A DNA stretch of 64,000 nt from NCBI GenBank assembly GCA_035221665.1, contig CM069162.1:31868001-31932000 (forward strand), written 5' to 3'. Shown here piece by piece: positions 23,126 to 35,834 of the stretch. Made by a program: the position numbers and the translations under genes. The DNA comes from Okamejei kenojei. Its lineage: Eukaryota. Under the pieces are notes generated by a model. The model saw nothing but the letters and a program-made list of their open reading frames with translations. It was not told the origin of the DNA and ran no database searches. Every line of letters starts with the position of its first letter. The first letter of the stretch is position 1.

Positions 23126-23888
23126 TTGGGCAGTGAGAAGATTGGACATTTTTTGGACATTCTTGGACTGATACAACATACATCATTGCTCCTAAAAATA
23201 AATCCAATTTATAACATAAACCGGGCAAGAGCACTTCTTAAGGACAAAGTGTTTTTTTCAGCCAGCATAGCCCAGACCATGGGATGAAAGGTTGGAATGA
23301 AGAGTGTGGCTACAGGCTTGAGATACAGCTGCAGGCACCCTGGTGTTAACGGTCTTAAAACACAATACATCTTCAACCCTCTTTTTTCTTTTAACTTTTA
23401 GGTAATAAATATACAATACATAAACCGTGCGAAACATTCATCCAACATTTCCGGAGGCTCTACAAGTTATTCAATACAGTCTACAAACATTGCTCAAATT
23501 TCGCAAATTTGTCCCCCACCCTCATCCAGGGAGAACCCTTTTTTTTAAATTTCAAAATAGACTAAATTCAGGTACTAAATATATACAATAAATATACAAT
23601 GAAAACCCTCTATTCAGACCCACAACTGTGTCGCTGCTCTCCAAGGATCAGCGCTCATTATTAATTGATACTTTGACGGAGTTCTATTGTTCAGATCCAG
23701 GAGCTAATTTGTCATTAATGGAAATTTGAAATGACAAAATAAGAGCACTTAGCAATAATTGGATTAATTAGCTTAACAAACCAGAAATTAGGTCCTTGAT
23801 CCCATATAAGGGTTTCATCTGATAATGCAATAATGTTCCAGGGTGTAAATGTGGTGATGAGCGGTGAGCATGAATAGCAGTCACACAG

Positions 23889-24078
23889 AGGTAGACAAAA
23901 ATGCTGGAGAAACTCAGCGGGCGAGGCAGCATCTATGGAGCGCAGGAAATAGGTGACGTTTCGGGCCGAGACCCTTCGCCTATTCCTTCGCTCCATAGAT
24001 GCTGCCTCACTCGCTGAGTATCCCCGGCATTTTTGTCTACCTTCGATTTTTCCAGCATCTGCAGTTCTTTCTTAAACG
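23889..24078. mobile_element. Penelope pLTR (B) with inverted arms
   Basis: aggtagacaaaaatgctggag...gcatttttgtctaccttcgatttttccagcatctgcagttctttcttaaac. Confidence 0.82.
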
Positions 24079-24449
24079 CAGGGTCAGGCATTTTAGTCAC
24101 ATTTGATGGTGGAGACGTGAGACGTTTGTCCGTGTGGATCAGTGGGAGAATGATGAATATACTTTCCGAAATTCATACAACTTGGGCAGTGATTGGAAAT
24201 TACTCATTAATAAGCAGAGCTGAAGTATAAATGCTAACCTTCTGCTTCGAATACTGATGATTGTTTTGGTTCTAAGTTCTATCAAAGAGGTAGTTAGTAG
24301 TTCAGCACTGTGTTGGAGGGAACTGCAGATGCAGGTTTAAACTGAAGATACACACAACATGCTGGAGTAACTCAGTGGGACAAGCAGTCTCTCAGGAGAG
24401 AAGGAATGGCTGACGTTTCTGGTCGAGACCCTTCCTCAGAATGGATAGT

Positions 24450-24688
24450 TCATCTACCACAACCAGAGAGCGGTGCTGAACTACTATCTACCTCTTTGGT
24501 GACCCTCGGACTATCCTTGATTGGACTTTGCTGGCTTTACCTTGCACTAAACGTTGTTCCCTTATCCTGTATCTGTACACTGTAAATGGCTCGATAGTAA
24601 TCATTTAATGTCTTTCTGCTGACTGGATAGCACGCAACAAAAGCTTTTCACTGTACCTCGGTACACGTGACAATTAACTACACTGAAC
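24450..24688 (+). mobile_element. Rex1/Babar- or L2-like LINE 3' tail (other copies ~36160-36360, 38450-38570, 45915-45995, 49625-49880, 56460-56580)
   Basis: Recurrent 3' end gcttttcactgtacctcggtacacgtgacaat(a/t)aacta with stem-loop tgtac-ctcg-gtaca and a short-repeat tail. Confidence 0.6.
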
Positions 24689-24690
24689 CT

Positions 24691-24952
24691 CTATTTCGGT
24701 TGAGTAGTTTACACCCCAGCGGTATGAACATTGACTTCTCCAATTTCAGGTAGTCCCTGCTTTCTCCTTCTTTTCCCTCCCCTTCCCAGCTCTCCCACAA
24801 CCCACTGTCTCCTCCTCTTCCTTTCTTCTTCCCACCCCCCCCCCCACCCTCATATCAGTCTGAAGAAGGGTCTCGACCCAGAACGTCGCCTATTTCCTTC
24901 GCTCCATAGGTGCTGCCTCACCCGCTGAGATTCTCCAGCATTACTGTCTACC
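24691..24952 (+). mobile_element. Penelope 3' end (B): GIY-YIG ORF terminus plus pLTR
   Basis: 24691-24753 translates LFRLSSLHPSGMNIDFSNFR*; hammerhead-like ctgaagaagggtctcgacccagaacgtc at ~24860. Confidence 0.85.
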
Positions 24953-25057
24953 TCTGTTCCTTCCACGCACTTAGAAATCATCCCATGTTCATCCCGGTCA
25001 AAACTCCCAGACCTCGTTTTGGTCCATGTCGAGTTTATTGTCACATGCACAGGCACT

Positions 25058-25832
25058 GGAGTTCTCTGCCGCAGAAGGCAGTGGAGGCCACTTCACTGGA
25101 TATTTTCAAGAGAGAATTAGATTTAGCTCTTAGAGATAACGCAATCAAGGGATATGGGGAAAAAGCAGGAACGTGGTACTGATTTTAGATGATCAGCCAT
25201 GATCATATTAACATAGAAAATAGGTGCAGGAGGAGGCCATTCGGCCCTTCGAGCCAGCACCGCCATTCATTGTGATCATGGCTGATCGTCCCCTATCAAT
25301 AACCCGTGCCTGCCTTCTCCCCATATCCCTTGACTCCACTAGCCCCTAGAGCTCTATCCAACTCTCTCTTAAATCCATCCAGTGATTTGGCCTCCACTGC
25401 CCTCTGTGGCAGGGAATTCCACAAATTCACAACTCTCTGGGTAAAAAAGTTTTTTCTCACCTCAGTCTTAAATGACCTCCCCTTTATTCTAAGACTGTTG
25501 CCCCTGGTTCTGGACTCACCCAACATTGGGAACATTTTTCCTGCATCTAGCTTGTCCAGTCCTTTTAGAATTTTATATGTTTCTATAAGATCCCCCTCAT
25601 CCTTCTAAACTCCAGTGAATACAAGCCTAGTCTTTTCAATCTTTCCTCATATGACAGTCCCGCCATCCCAGGGGTCAATCTCGTGAACTCACTCAACCTG
25701 TCCAGGTCCCCCTGCTTCCTAACATCCTCATCACAGTTCACACTGCCACCCAGCTTTGTGTCTTATTGATTGGCAGTGCTGGCTCAAAGGGCCAAATGGC
25801 CTGCTCCTATTTTCTATGTTTCTATGTTTCTA
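25058..25832. mobile_element. Nested CR1s: young minus-strand copy (~25210-25762) inside a plus-strand CR1 3' end
   Basis: ORF 25296..25535 (FFTQRVVNLWNSLPQRAVEAKSLDGFKRELD); the flanking plus-strand CR1 3'UTR resumes at ~25765. Confidence 0.88.
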
Positions 25833-25839
25833 GGTGAAG

Positions 25840-26330
25840 TAGAGTCATAGAGTGATACAGTGTGGAAACAGGCCCTTCGGCCCAACTCGCCCACACCGGC
25901 CAAGAATGTCCCAGCTACCCTTGTCCCACTTGCCTGTGCTTGGTCCATAACCCTCCAAACCTGCTCTATCCATGTACCTGTCCAACTGTTTCTTAAATGA
26001 TGGGATACCTCCTCTGGCAGCTTGTTCCATACACCCACCATCCTCTGTGAAAAAGTTACCCCTCAGATTCCTATTAAATCTTTTCCCCTTCATCTTGAAC
26101 CTATGTCCTCTGGTCCTCGATTCTCCTACTCTGAGTAAAAGACTTTGTGCATCTACCCGATCTATTCCTCTCATGATTTTGTACACCTCTATAAGATCTC
26201 CCCTCATCCTCCTATGCTCCATGGAACAGAGACCCAGCCCACTCAACCTCTCCCTGTAGCTCACACCCTCTAGTCCTGGCAACATCCTCGTAAATCTTTT
26301 CTGAACCCTTTAAAGCTTGACAATATCTTG
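25840..26330 (-). mobile_element. CR1-clade (HER1-like) LINE 3' fragment sharing its tail with HE1 SINEs
   Basis: ORF 25845..26285 (RRMRGDLIEVYKIMRGIDRVD...RTRGHRF); tail gggccgaagggcctgtttccacactgtatcactctatgactct. Confidence 0.88.
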
Positions 26331-26454
26331 CAGGCATCTCAGGCACATAGATCCAGACAACATGCAAAAACATTATCCAGACAAATTATACCTATATTCC
26401 ACAGAACAGTGAAAAGATAAAGACTGCGCAAAAATGAGAAAGACTTTAAACTTT

Positions 26455-26666
26455 GTAAGTTCTCCCCGTGACCGTGTGAGTTTTCTCCGGGATCTTCCAT
26501 TTCTTCCCACACTCCAAAATCGTACAGGTTTTTGTAGGTTACTTGGTGTGGTATAAATGTCAAATTGTCCCTAGTGTGTGTAGGGTAATGTTAGTGCGGG
26601 GATCGCTGGTCGGTGCGGACCCGGTGGGCCGAAGGGCCTGTTTCCGCGCTGTATCTCTGGAAACTA
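26455..26666 (+). mobile_element. 5'-truncated HE1-type SINE
   Basis: V-domain ttctccccgtgaccg...cccacactccaaa plus CR1-like tail. Confidence 0.8.
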
Positions 26667-27547
26667 AGATGGTGCCGACCGAGCTCAGAGCACAAGAGAA
26701 GGAGTTGGTCTTTGTCATTGGGCCCAGCTGGGAGGAGAATGGGCTAGAGTGACACCATGTTGAGTGGATGAATACAAGGAAATAGAAGGAAAGCAGAGAA
26801 ATTGGGCAAACTTGGAGATGGATGGGAAGAACGGAAGAAAGAAAATGGGTAGGGACGGCAAATACAATAGATGTGGAAGAAGACGGGACAAACAGGCTAG
26901 GTTGTCCATTGGACTGAGAGAGCATTTATAAGTTCAAAAGTGATCGTTGCAGAATTAGGCCATTCGGCCCATCAAGTCTACTCCGCCATTCAATTATGGC
27001 TAATCTATCTCTCCATCCTAACCCCATTCTCCTGCCTTCTCCCCATAACCCCTGACACCCGTACTATCAATCTCTGCCTTAAAAATACCCACTGCCTTGA
27101 CCTCCACATCCTCAACAGTGGCTGCAGGAAGTGGGGACATAAAATGAGATGACATTTGACTTGGTTTCCCCATGCCATTATTTATACACTATCCACTCCT
27201 CTACCTTGCTAATTTAAAATGCAACTTTACACTTCAAAAAGGCAAGTTATAATTTTCTTTGCATCAGCGGTTTTTTCCCGTTACAATTTTCTTTCTTTCT
27301 GTTTCAACAATTTTAATGATGATGTAAGTAAGTGTTTGTCTGCGTTGTGATCACTGAGGTGTGATGTTTGCATTCACTTCTGTATCGTTTCCTCATGGTG
27401 CTAACATCTGCAGCCGATAATTGTTAAAAATTGCGTTATTTTAACATTTTAATAAATATTCTTCTCTAATTGCTCAAGAATGAGGATGCAATTTGATTTA
27501 AAAATGCTGGGAAATGAAAATAGAAACGGCAAAAGTATTACAAATGT

Positions 27548-27575
27548 CTGAAGAAGGGTCTCGACCCGAAACGTC
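27548..27575 (+). ncRNA. Minimal type-I hammerhead ribozyme core in a Penelope pLTR (identical cores at 36974-37001 and 56067-56094)
   Basis: CUGAAGA-A-GGGU(CUCG)ACCC-GAAAC-GUC: conserved CUGANGA and GAAA boxes, helix II, a loopless helix III and a GUC triplet, as described for PLE minimal hammerheads. Helix I looks short (2-3 bp), so activity is unproven. Confidence 0.72.
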
Positions 27576-27739
27576 ACCCATTCCGTCTCTCCAGGGATGC
27601 TGCCTGTCCCGTTGAGTTACTCTGGCTTTTTGTGTCTGTCTTCAGTTCAAACCAGGATCTGCAGTTCCTTCCTAAGCAAACATGAAATGTGTTACTTGCT
27701 TTGTAGAGGAGCACAGATTCACAGCTGGAAAATGTTTCA

Positions 27740-28890
27740 AAAGAACCTGAGGAGCAACTTTTTCACTCAGAGGGTGGTGGGTATTCATAAGTTCATAAGT
27801 AGCAGGAGCAGAATTAGGCCATTCGGCCCATCAAGTCTACTCCACCATTCAATTATGACTGATCTCTCACTCTCTCCAAACCCCATTCTCCTGCCTTCTC
27901 CCCATAACCCCTGACACCCGTTCTAATCAAGAATCTATCTATCTCTGCCTTAAAGATACCCATTGTCTTGGCCTCCACAGCCTTCTGTGACAATGAATTC
28001 CACATATTCACCATCCTCTAACTAAACAAATTCCTCCTCATCTCCTTCCTCAAGGAATATCCTTTAATTCTGAGGCTATGACCTCTAGACCTAGACTCTC
28101 CCACCAGTGGAAACATCCTCTCCACATCCACTCTATCCAGGTCTTTCACTATTCAGTAAGTTTCAATGAGGTCCACCCCTTATCCTTCTAAACTCCAGCG
28201 AGTTTATGGAACGAGCTGCCAAAGGAGGTCGTGGAGGGAGGTACGATAACAGCATTTAAAAGGCGCTTGGACAGGTACATGGATAAGAAAGGTTTATAGG
28301 GATATGGGCCAAATGTGGGCAAATGGGACTACTTTAAGGGGCTGTCCCTCTTGGGCGACCTAATCCGCGAGTTCTGCCAAGTTTGCCCTCGACTCATACT
28401 CGCAGCATGGTTGACACGAGGTGGTAGGAGGTCTTTGTAACTCTCCTTCATGCTCGAGAGTAGTCCCCGCGTACTCGAGGCCTCAGCTAGGTTGCGGCGT
28501 ATTTTTCAACATGTTGAAAAATGCCCACGAGTGAAAAAAGGTTGCTATGGAAAAGATCGATACTTTTTTTACTCGTAGGTTTAGTCGTAGTAGGTCGGCA
28601 TGTTCGTCGTAGGCAATCGAGGGTAGTTGAAGGTAGTCGTAGACAGTCTTCAACATAGTCGGAGGAGGTCGAAGGAGGTCGTCTTCACTCTCCACTACTC
28701 GGTGTCCAATTTTCCCGAAGTTAGTCGTAGCTAGTCGTAGTTAGTCGAAGCTGGTCTTCAACATAGTCAAAGGAGGTCTTTAACATGTCATTTTTTTAAA
28801 CTCTTCTAAACTCGCCCTTTAGATGGGGTCTTGGTTAGCATGGACAGTTGGGCTGAAGGGTCTGTTTCCATGCAGCCTGATATTATAACT
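27740..28890. mobile_element. Plus-strand CR1 3' end interrupted by a minus-strand CR1 (~27785-28202) and a MITE
   Basis: aacctgaggagcaactttttcactcagagggtggtgggta resumes as tatggaacgagctgccaaaggagg at ~28205 and again as agatggggtcttgg at ~28821. Confidence 0.8.
28337..28818. mobile_element. PIF/Harbinger-like MITE (related subfamily), right TIR mostly deleted
   Basis: tta + aggggctgtccc...gccct + tta. Removing it restores the CR1 sequence gggactact-tta-gatggggtc, showing a 3-bp TTA TSD. Shares ttttcaacatgttgaaaa with the MITE at 8590. Confidence 0.7.
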
Positions 28891-29354
28891 CGAATACAAT
28901 CTGTTTGGTGAGAATTTACTCAATCATCTTCAAAAATGTACAAACCACCTCAGCAAAAAACAAAGACGTGATCTCAAAACACAAGATAATAATAAGAAAT
29001 TCAACTGGAACCTGTCATTTTGAAAAAAACCTTCTCTGTGTGGCTTTGAGTCTTTTCAAAGGTTGCATTTTTTAAAGCATTTTTGATTTTTATAGCGAGC
29101 CATCTGTGATTTTAAACTTGTCGCATATTTTGTCCGTAATAAGGAAAAGCTGGCTGAAAGCGGCCCAGCTCTCTCCCGGTGGCTTTGTTTTGCATGTTCC
29201 GTCAGAAGTAATTAGACAAAGTAAACTCGTGTAATTCAACAAATGTCATCTCTGACCCTGCATAGGCGAAAGGGGGGGGGGGGGGGGGGGGGGGTGTACA
29301 GCGAGACCCCCTCAGCAGGTCCTCATTAGATCTCCAAAACACACTCATATAATC

Positions 29355-29545
29355 ACCCATACAGGCGTCACCCCACGACATGTCGACACGTGACGCCTGT
29401 GTGGTCGTGAGTAGTCGCCCAAAGAGTCGTACCTTTTTCTGGTCGCCGCTGGATTTTCAACATGTTGAACATTTTCGGAGACCTGCTGCGACTATGACGG
29501 GTGCCGGCAACTCGCCGAAAAAATCACATAAGTGGGACGGTCCCT
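29355..29545. mobile_element. Right half of a PIF/Harbinger-like MITE (8590 family)
   Basis: tctggtcgccgctggattttcaacatgttgaa...taagtgggacggtccct + tta. Confidence 0.75.
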
Positions 29546-29767
29546 TTAGAATCCTTTATATTATTCTCGAAGTAATTATTTTTTCTCTTCAGTTACTTTT
29601 TCTCTTCAAATCTCCTTGATATTTGTATTTTGTGCGTAAATGCATCCAACGACTGGAGTCTGCACTCATAACCCTCCAACCTCAAATATCAAAAACCTTA
29701 AAATTACATTCATTATTCTAAATCTGCTCCACATAGTATTTATTGCCTGATCTTTTGTATATTTCCT

Positions 29768-30492
29768 TACACGATGGCGCAGCGGTAGAGTTGCTGCCTC
29801 ACAGCGCCAGAGGCCCGGGTTCGATCCCGACTACGGGCGCTGTCTGTACGGAGTTTGCACCTTCTCTCTGTGACCGTGTGGGTTTTCTCCAGGCGCTCCG
29901 GTTTCCTCACACACTCCAAAGACGTGCAGGTTTGTAGGTTAATTGGCTTTGGTAAAATGGTAAATTGTTTGTATTCACTGGAGTTTAGAAGGATGAGGGG
30001 GTATCTTATAGAAACATATAAAATTCTAAAAGGACTGGACAAGCTAGATGCAGGAAAAATGTTCCCAATGTTGGGCGAGTCCAGAACCAGGGGCCACAGC
30101 CTTAGAATAAAGGGGAGGCAATTTAAGACTGAGGTGAGAAAAAACTTTTTCACCCAGAGAGTTGTGAATTTGTGGAATTCCCTGCCACAGAGGGTAGTGG
30201 AGGCCAAGTCACTGGATGGATTTAAGAGAGAGTTAGAGAGAGCTCTAGGGGCTAGTGGAGTCAAGGAATATGGGGAGAAGGCAGGCACGGGTTATTGATT
30301 GGGGACGATCAACCATGATCACAATGAATGGCGGTGCTGGCTCAAAGGGCCGAATGGCCTCCTTCTGCACCTATTTTCTATGTTTCTATGTTTCTATGTC
30401 CCTAGTGTGTGTAGGATAGCGTTAGCGTACAGGATCGCTGGTCGGCATGGACACGATGGGCTGAAGGGCCTGTTTCCTTAAACTATACTAAA
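29768..30492 (+). mobile_element. HE1 SINE with a young CR1 3' fragment (~29968-30397) inserted
   Basis: SINE split at gtaaattgt|ccctagtg; the insert encodes LYSLEFRRMRGYLIETYKIL...WNSLPQRVVEA and ends in (tttctatg)n. Confidence 0.88.
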
Positions 30493-31497
30493 AATAGAGA
30501 GGGAGCCATTTGGTTCACGGAAACTCTGCTGCCTCTTGGTGCAATCCTATCCATCCCTAACTGTTATGTTTGAACCCGCCCTCTTTCACATCCATCAACT
30601 CCAACTGATTCTCCTGTTCCCTATCCATTCCAATGGTCACATTAAGAAGGGTCTCGAACCAAAACGTCACCCATTCCTTCTCTCCATTGATGCTGCCTGT
30701 CCCGCTGAGTTACTCCAGCTTTTTTGTGTCTATCTTCGGTTTAAACCAGTATCTGCAGTTCCTTCCCACACAAACAACCAGCCTTAATGTCTTTGGAGTG
30801 AAAAATAAAATGGAGGCACTAGGGAATGTAAGATAGACACTGGGGAGTAGTTTATTAGAGATTATGTAAACACAACACAGATAGCAGCCAGGTCACGATT
30901 GAAGAGCTTAAAGAGGTGCTGTCAAAGTTGCATGCTGATTGCTTGCCAGTTGATTATATCCAAGCAGACTAAGTACATGGTTCAACACGATGATGAGCTT
31001 TGATTATTGCCAAACTGTCTCTTTCGCACTGAACATTTGTTTCAACATTTGTGGAATTTTAAACTTTCAGATTTTTAATTATTATTAGGGATTTAACAAA
31101 ACATAATTACTTTTTTTCTGCATGTTATCCATCTGTCTTAACGGATGCCCTCCTCCATTCTGTTTACTCTGACAGACTGGGTGTTAATACGGTTTGGTTG
31201 TGTGTGCCCAGTTACACCGCACTTCACGATTTGGCAACCTGCGGTATCCAGTACTCCTCCAGAGGGAGCCGCCAGGCCAGTGGTGGACGGGGGGCACCGA
31301 GGGAACATCTAGACCGACGGCACGGTAGGTGTGTAGACCTTTCATCTGGTCCCTGGGCCAGGACATCATTTAGCCCTGTCCACACACTGTTGTTGACCCA
31401 TGAACACACTTGTGGCCCTGTGTTGCGTTAAGCATCAGTGTTAGACTTGACTGGCGCTGCTCCCTATTCTGTTCGATGTTCCTCACTGAAGCAGGGT

Positions 31498-31975
31498 TAG
31501 AACATAGAACATAGAACATGGAACATAGAGCACGGAACATAGAACATAGAGCACGGAGCACGGAGCACGGAACAGCACAGGAACAGGCCCTTCAGCCCAC
31601 AATGTCCGTGCTGGACATGATGCCGAGTTACACTCATCTCCTCCACCTGCACGAGATCCTCATCCCTCCATTCGCTGCGTATACTACCTATCTCTTCAAT
31701 GCCCTTCTGGCCCCGTAGCAGGAGCATCCACGTCCAGTATCCTGAGCTAATTCTGCAACCGCCATCATCTACTGCGACAGGTGACGGCTCCCACTGATTG
31801 TCTCCGGAAGCTCGTGTCCTTTTCAGGACGGACGGTGACAGCGAGGTCAACATTTGTAACAAGATGGCCTCCACAGGCAGCCCCGGCAGCACGTCCCAGA
31901 CCCCCACCACTACCCTGCCCCGCGGATCTCCTTTAAACTTTGCCGCTCTCACCTTCAAGCTAAGCCCTCTGACAT
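31498..31975 (-). mobile_element. Old CR1 3' fragment with an expanded 7-mer tail
   Basis: Tail of agaacat/ggagcac units (31498-31575), then acaggcccttcagcccac and a decayed CR1 body. Confidence 0.6.
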
Positions 31976-32945
31976 CCCCCCCTCCCCCCTGGCACAAGGG
32001 TTGGAGGTAACAGTCGCGTGCAGGATGCGTGAGGCATGATGTTACAGATGGTGATGGCGGACACTTCTGCGGTTGCCTCGTGGATGTTCAGCTTTGAACC
32101 ATCTACTCTGCTCGCTTAACACAATTGTAGTGTCATAGCTTCATGGGTTCATAAGTTGTAGGCACGGAATCAGGCCATTCGGCCCGTTGTCTGGATAGGG
32201 TGAATGTGGAGAGGATGTTTCCACTAGTGGGAGAGTCTAAGGCCACAGGTCACAGCCTCAGTTTTAAAGGAACTTCCTTTTAGGAAGATGAGGAAGAATT
32301 TCTTTCATCAGAGGGTGGTGAATCTGTGGAATTCATTGCCGCAGAAGGCGGTGGAGGCCAAGTCAATGGATATTTTTAAGGGAGAGATAGATCAGCCACA
32401 ATTGAATGATGGAGTAGACTCGATGGGCCGAATGGCCTAATTCTGTACCTAGAATCTATGAGCATATGAACCTCACTCCAGTTAAAATGACTTACTCCAG
32501 TTAAAATTGCTAGAACAACTGAGCAGAAAATCTAAATCGAGACTGTAGAAGTACAGCGGCAGTTTGGGAGTTGCGGAAGCAGGGGGTGCTACAGTGCTGC
32601 AGACCCGTGGGGTGCAGGAATGCCTCAGGTTCTGGGGTGCCAGTGTCAGATTGTCGATGATGTTCTCTCTCTGCTCATTCAAGCTGATGAGAACAAACTA
32701 CGTTGATGCACAGCACGAAGGTGACTGCCCGCGACATGATGAATATCGAGCAGCTGCTTTACCACTGGCTTATGTTGAAGCTGCAGTTAGTGGGAACTTG
32801 TTTGTAAAGATTGAGTGTGGCTTCTCCTGCATTGGAGATTTATCTCATTGGATGTTCTGATAGAGTCTGAAAGGCAGGACTTTCTCCAGCACAAAACCCA
32901 CAATCTCATTCATCAACCCATCCCAATCTCAACCAACCCCAACTT

Positions 32946-33288
32946 CTCGAAGATAGACACAAAATGCTGGAGTATCTCAGCGGGACAGGCAGCGTCTCTG
33001 AAGAGAAGGAATGGTGACGTTTCGGGTCGAGACCCTTCTTTAGACCTGACACTCTCCCCAGACGCTCAGTCTGAAGAAACGTCACCCATTCCTTCTCTCC
33101 AGAGATAATAGACAATAGACAATAGGTGCAGGAGTAGGCCATTTGGTCCTTCGAGCCAGCACCGCCATTCAATGTGATCATGGCTGATCATCCCCAATCA
33201 GTACTCTTTGCTCCCTTTCCCACTGAGTTACTCCAGCATTTTGTGTGTATCTTCGGTTTAAACCAGCATCTGCAGTTCTTTCCTACAC
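32946..33288. mobile_element. Penelope pLTR (A) inverted arms with a CR1 tail inserted (~33106-33220)
   Basis: Two hammerhead-like cores in opposite orientation; tagacaatagacaataggtgcagg CR1 tail. Confidence 0.75.
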
Positions 33289-33449
33289 AATCCCAACTTC
33301 TCTCCTCTCGGATCTACTTGCTATTCAAAGCTTTTTGTAAGTTATCTAGTTACAGTATATCATGCTGCTACCCATGGGCCTTTGCCACGAGGGTGCTTAA
33401 GTGTTGCGTGCAGTATAACAGAGGCTTCACTTTATGGAGTGGAAGGAGT

Positions 33450-34092
33450 ATTTAATTGTCATATCCACCGAGACTGGAGCAATAAAGTGCTTACAGTACT
33501 TGCTGCAACTGTACAGGCACGTTGAAAGCAACAAAACAACAAGTAAACATACAATATATGATCAGTTATACCGTAAACCATAATATTGCAAGAAACAGTA
33601 CATGGTGTACACTAAAGTCCGCAGTAACTTAGTACTGAATGTTGTGTAGTGTTCAAGAGCCTTAGAGTTGATGAGAATAAGGGGGAAGTCATTTAGAACG
33701 GAGACGAGGAAACATTTTTTCTCACCGAGGGTGATGAGTGTGGAATTCTCCGCCTCAGAGGGCGGTGGAGGCAGGTTCTCTGGATACTTTCAAGAGAGAA
33801 CTAAATCGGGCTCTTAAAGATAGCGGAGTCAGGGGATATGGGGAGAAGGCAGGAACAGGGTACTGAATGGGGATGATCAGCCATGATCACATTATTGAAT
33901 GGCGGTGCTGGCTTCAAGGGCCGCACCTATTGTCTATTATTTATTGTCTATTGAGAAGAAGCTGTTCGTGAACTTGAAGGTCACGATTCTCATGCTCCTG
34001 TACTTTCTTCCCAATAGTTGCAGCAAGATTGCAAGCGCGGCCAGTGGTCTTTGTTGATATACGCTGCCTTATTTGAGGCAGCGCTTCCTGGA
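33450..34092 (-). mobile_element. Diverged Rex1/Babar-like 3' fragment interrupted by a plus-strand CR1 (~33675-33952)
   Basis: Minus strand near 33955-34015 resembles the GRKYRSM...KFTNSFF C-terminus; the CR1 ends in (tattgtc)n. Confidence 0.55.
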
Positions 34093-34692
34093 GAACCGTA
34101 CAATGGTGGGACATGCACATCTGTCTGTCACTCTTTGTGGTACCGAGAGACCAAAACAAAAGACTGAAATTGAGAGCAAGGTTGGATGTTGGGGGTGAGA
34201 TGGGAGCCAGTTGTCAGTTTATGCCAAAGTCATATTGCACAGAAAGAGGCCCTTCAGCCCACTGAGTTTGTGCTGACCATCAGCTAATATTTACAATGTA
34301 CAATGATCACACATTCATTTCTGTTTTCTATTTTTTTATTTGTTTAGATTAGAGAAACAGCGCAGAAACAGGCCCTTTGGCCCACTGGTTGGTAGGGGCA
34401 AGTTGGGCCGAATGGCCTGTTTCCACGCTGTATTACTCTATGGTTCCATGGTTCTATGACTCTAATGAAGCAAACCTCTCTGGAATTTGATGCAATGAGA
34501 AATTGATACCATTGGAAGGTCCTTTGATAAATTGATGAATCGGTCCATGGAATATTAATGTTAGAGACTTTGATTGAAAAGTAGATTTTTAAAAATCTAT
34601 AACGCTGATGTAGTGACAATTATTTCCGCGTCAAACACCTTTCTGGTGGAGAGGCCCTGCTGGCCTCTGGAAAGCACCAAGTGATGAAGGGA

Positions 34693-35080
34693 GTCTGAAG
34701 AAGGGTCTCGCCCGAAACGTCACCCATTCCTTCTCTCCAGAGATGCTGCCTGTCCCGCTGAGTTCCCCCAGCTTTTTGGTGTCTACCTATGAGAGACACA
34801 AAGACGTTTGCACTGTGAGAGCTGGCCTGTGAAGTAGAGGCGGAGTGGAGAACCGTGAAAAGCATTAGACAGACACAAAATGCTGGAGTAACTCAGTGGG
34901 ACAGGCAGCTTCTCTGGAGAGAAGGAAAGAGTGACGTTTCAGGTCAGGTCTGAAGAAAGGTCTCGACCTGAAATGTCACCCATTCCTTCTCCTCAGAAAT
35001 ACTGCCTATCCCGCTGAGTTACTCCAGCATTTAGTGTCTACCTTCGGTTTAAACCAGCGTCTGCAGTTCCTTCCTGCACA
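34693..35080. mobile_element. Two adjacent Penelope pLTR (A) insertions (34693-34788; 34866-35080 with inverted arms)
   Basis: Hammerhead-like cores at ~34695 and ~34950; family arm sequence. Confidence 0.78.
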
Positions 35081-35834
35081 TCGGGAACAGCGTACATGCT
35101 AACGATTTATTTCATTCGCTTTTCGGCATCAGGAGCTGTTGCTGTAGAACGTTCCTGAAGGATGCTCGCTGGATGGTGCAAAAATGGTCCTTTTTCATCT
35201 TTGCGGCAAGTTTGTCTCTCTTGCAGACATGATCATCCATCTGTTCCATAAATAAATCTTAATTTGCATTTCATTATCTGAAAAAACCTTGCATCTTGCA
35301 AATGAAACCTGTTTTCAGGATTGTTTTGTTTAAGGAACTCGTTACTTTAACAATGGCTCAGAAATTGAAAATCACCAAGTGTGGAGCTGGAACAGGTCAT
35401 TATAACGTTGCAGCGAAAATTAAGGAGTTTTCCCCCCAAACCCTCGGCTCCTCATAATGTTTGGATAAATATATAACTAGGACAAATAGATCATACAATG
35501 TTTGTAAAATGTATGAAACCAATCCAATCTATGAACAAAGAGACATCGAGTTTTTATGAAAAGTTGCTCCTTCTACTCTGCAACAAAGGTTAAATTATTT
35601 CATTTCTTAATAACTTTCTATTTCATCCTCCAAGACTAAAACAGTTTTTTGTTATAAATTAAACTAGACATTATTGCTTGTGCATGTTCCCTCTCCGTTG
35701 AAATATTCAATCCCAATGTGGTCATTGCTAATGGTTAGAACTGCTAACAGATCAGACTTGCATTGCATTTTGTTTGACTCTGTCCAGGTGTGGACGCACG
35801 TTGGGCCAGGTGGAAATGCCTCAATTGAGAGTCA

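Noticed and set aside
31150-31430. GC-richer unique block, possible LTR or transposon fragment
   Set aside because: No termini, TSD or coding motif that I could support.
32736-32860. C/D-box snoRNA (ATGATGA...CTGA); similar at ~55892-55932
   Set aside because: No terminal stem or recognisable rRNA antisense element; the second is too short.
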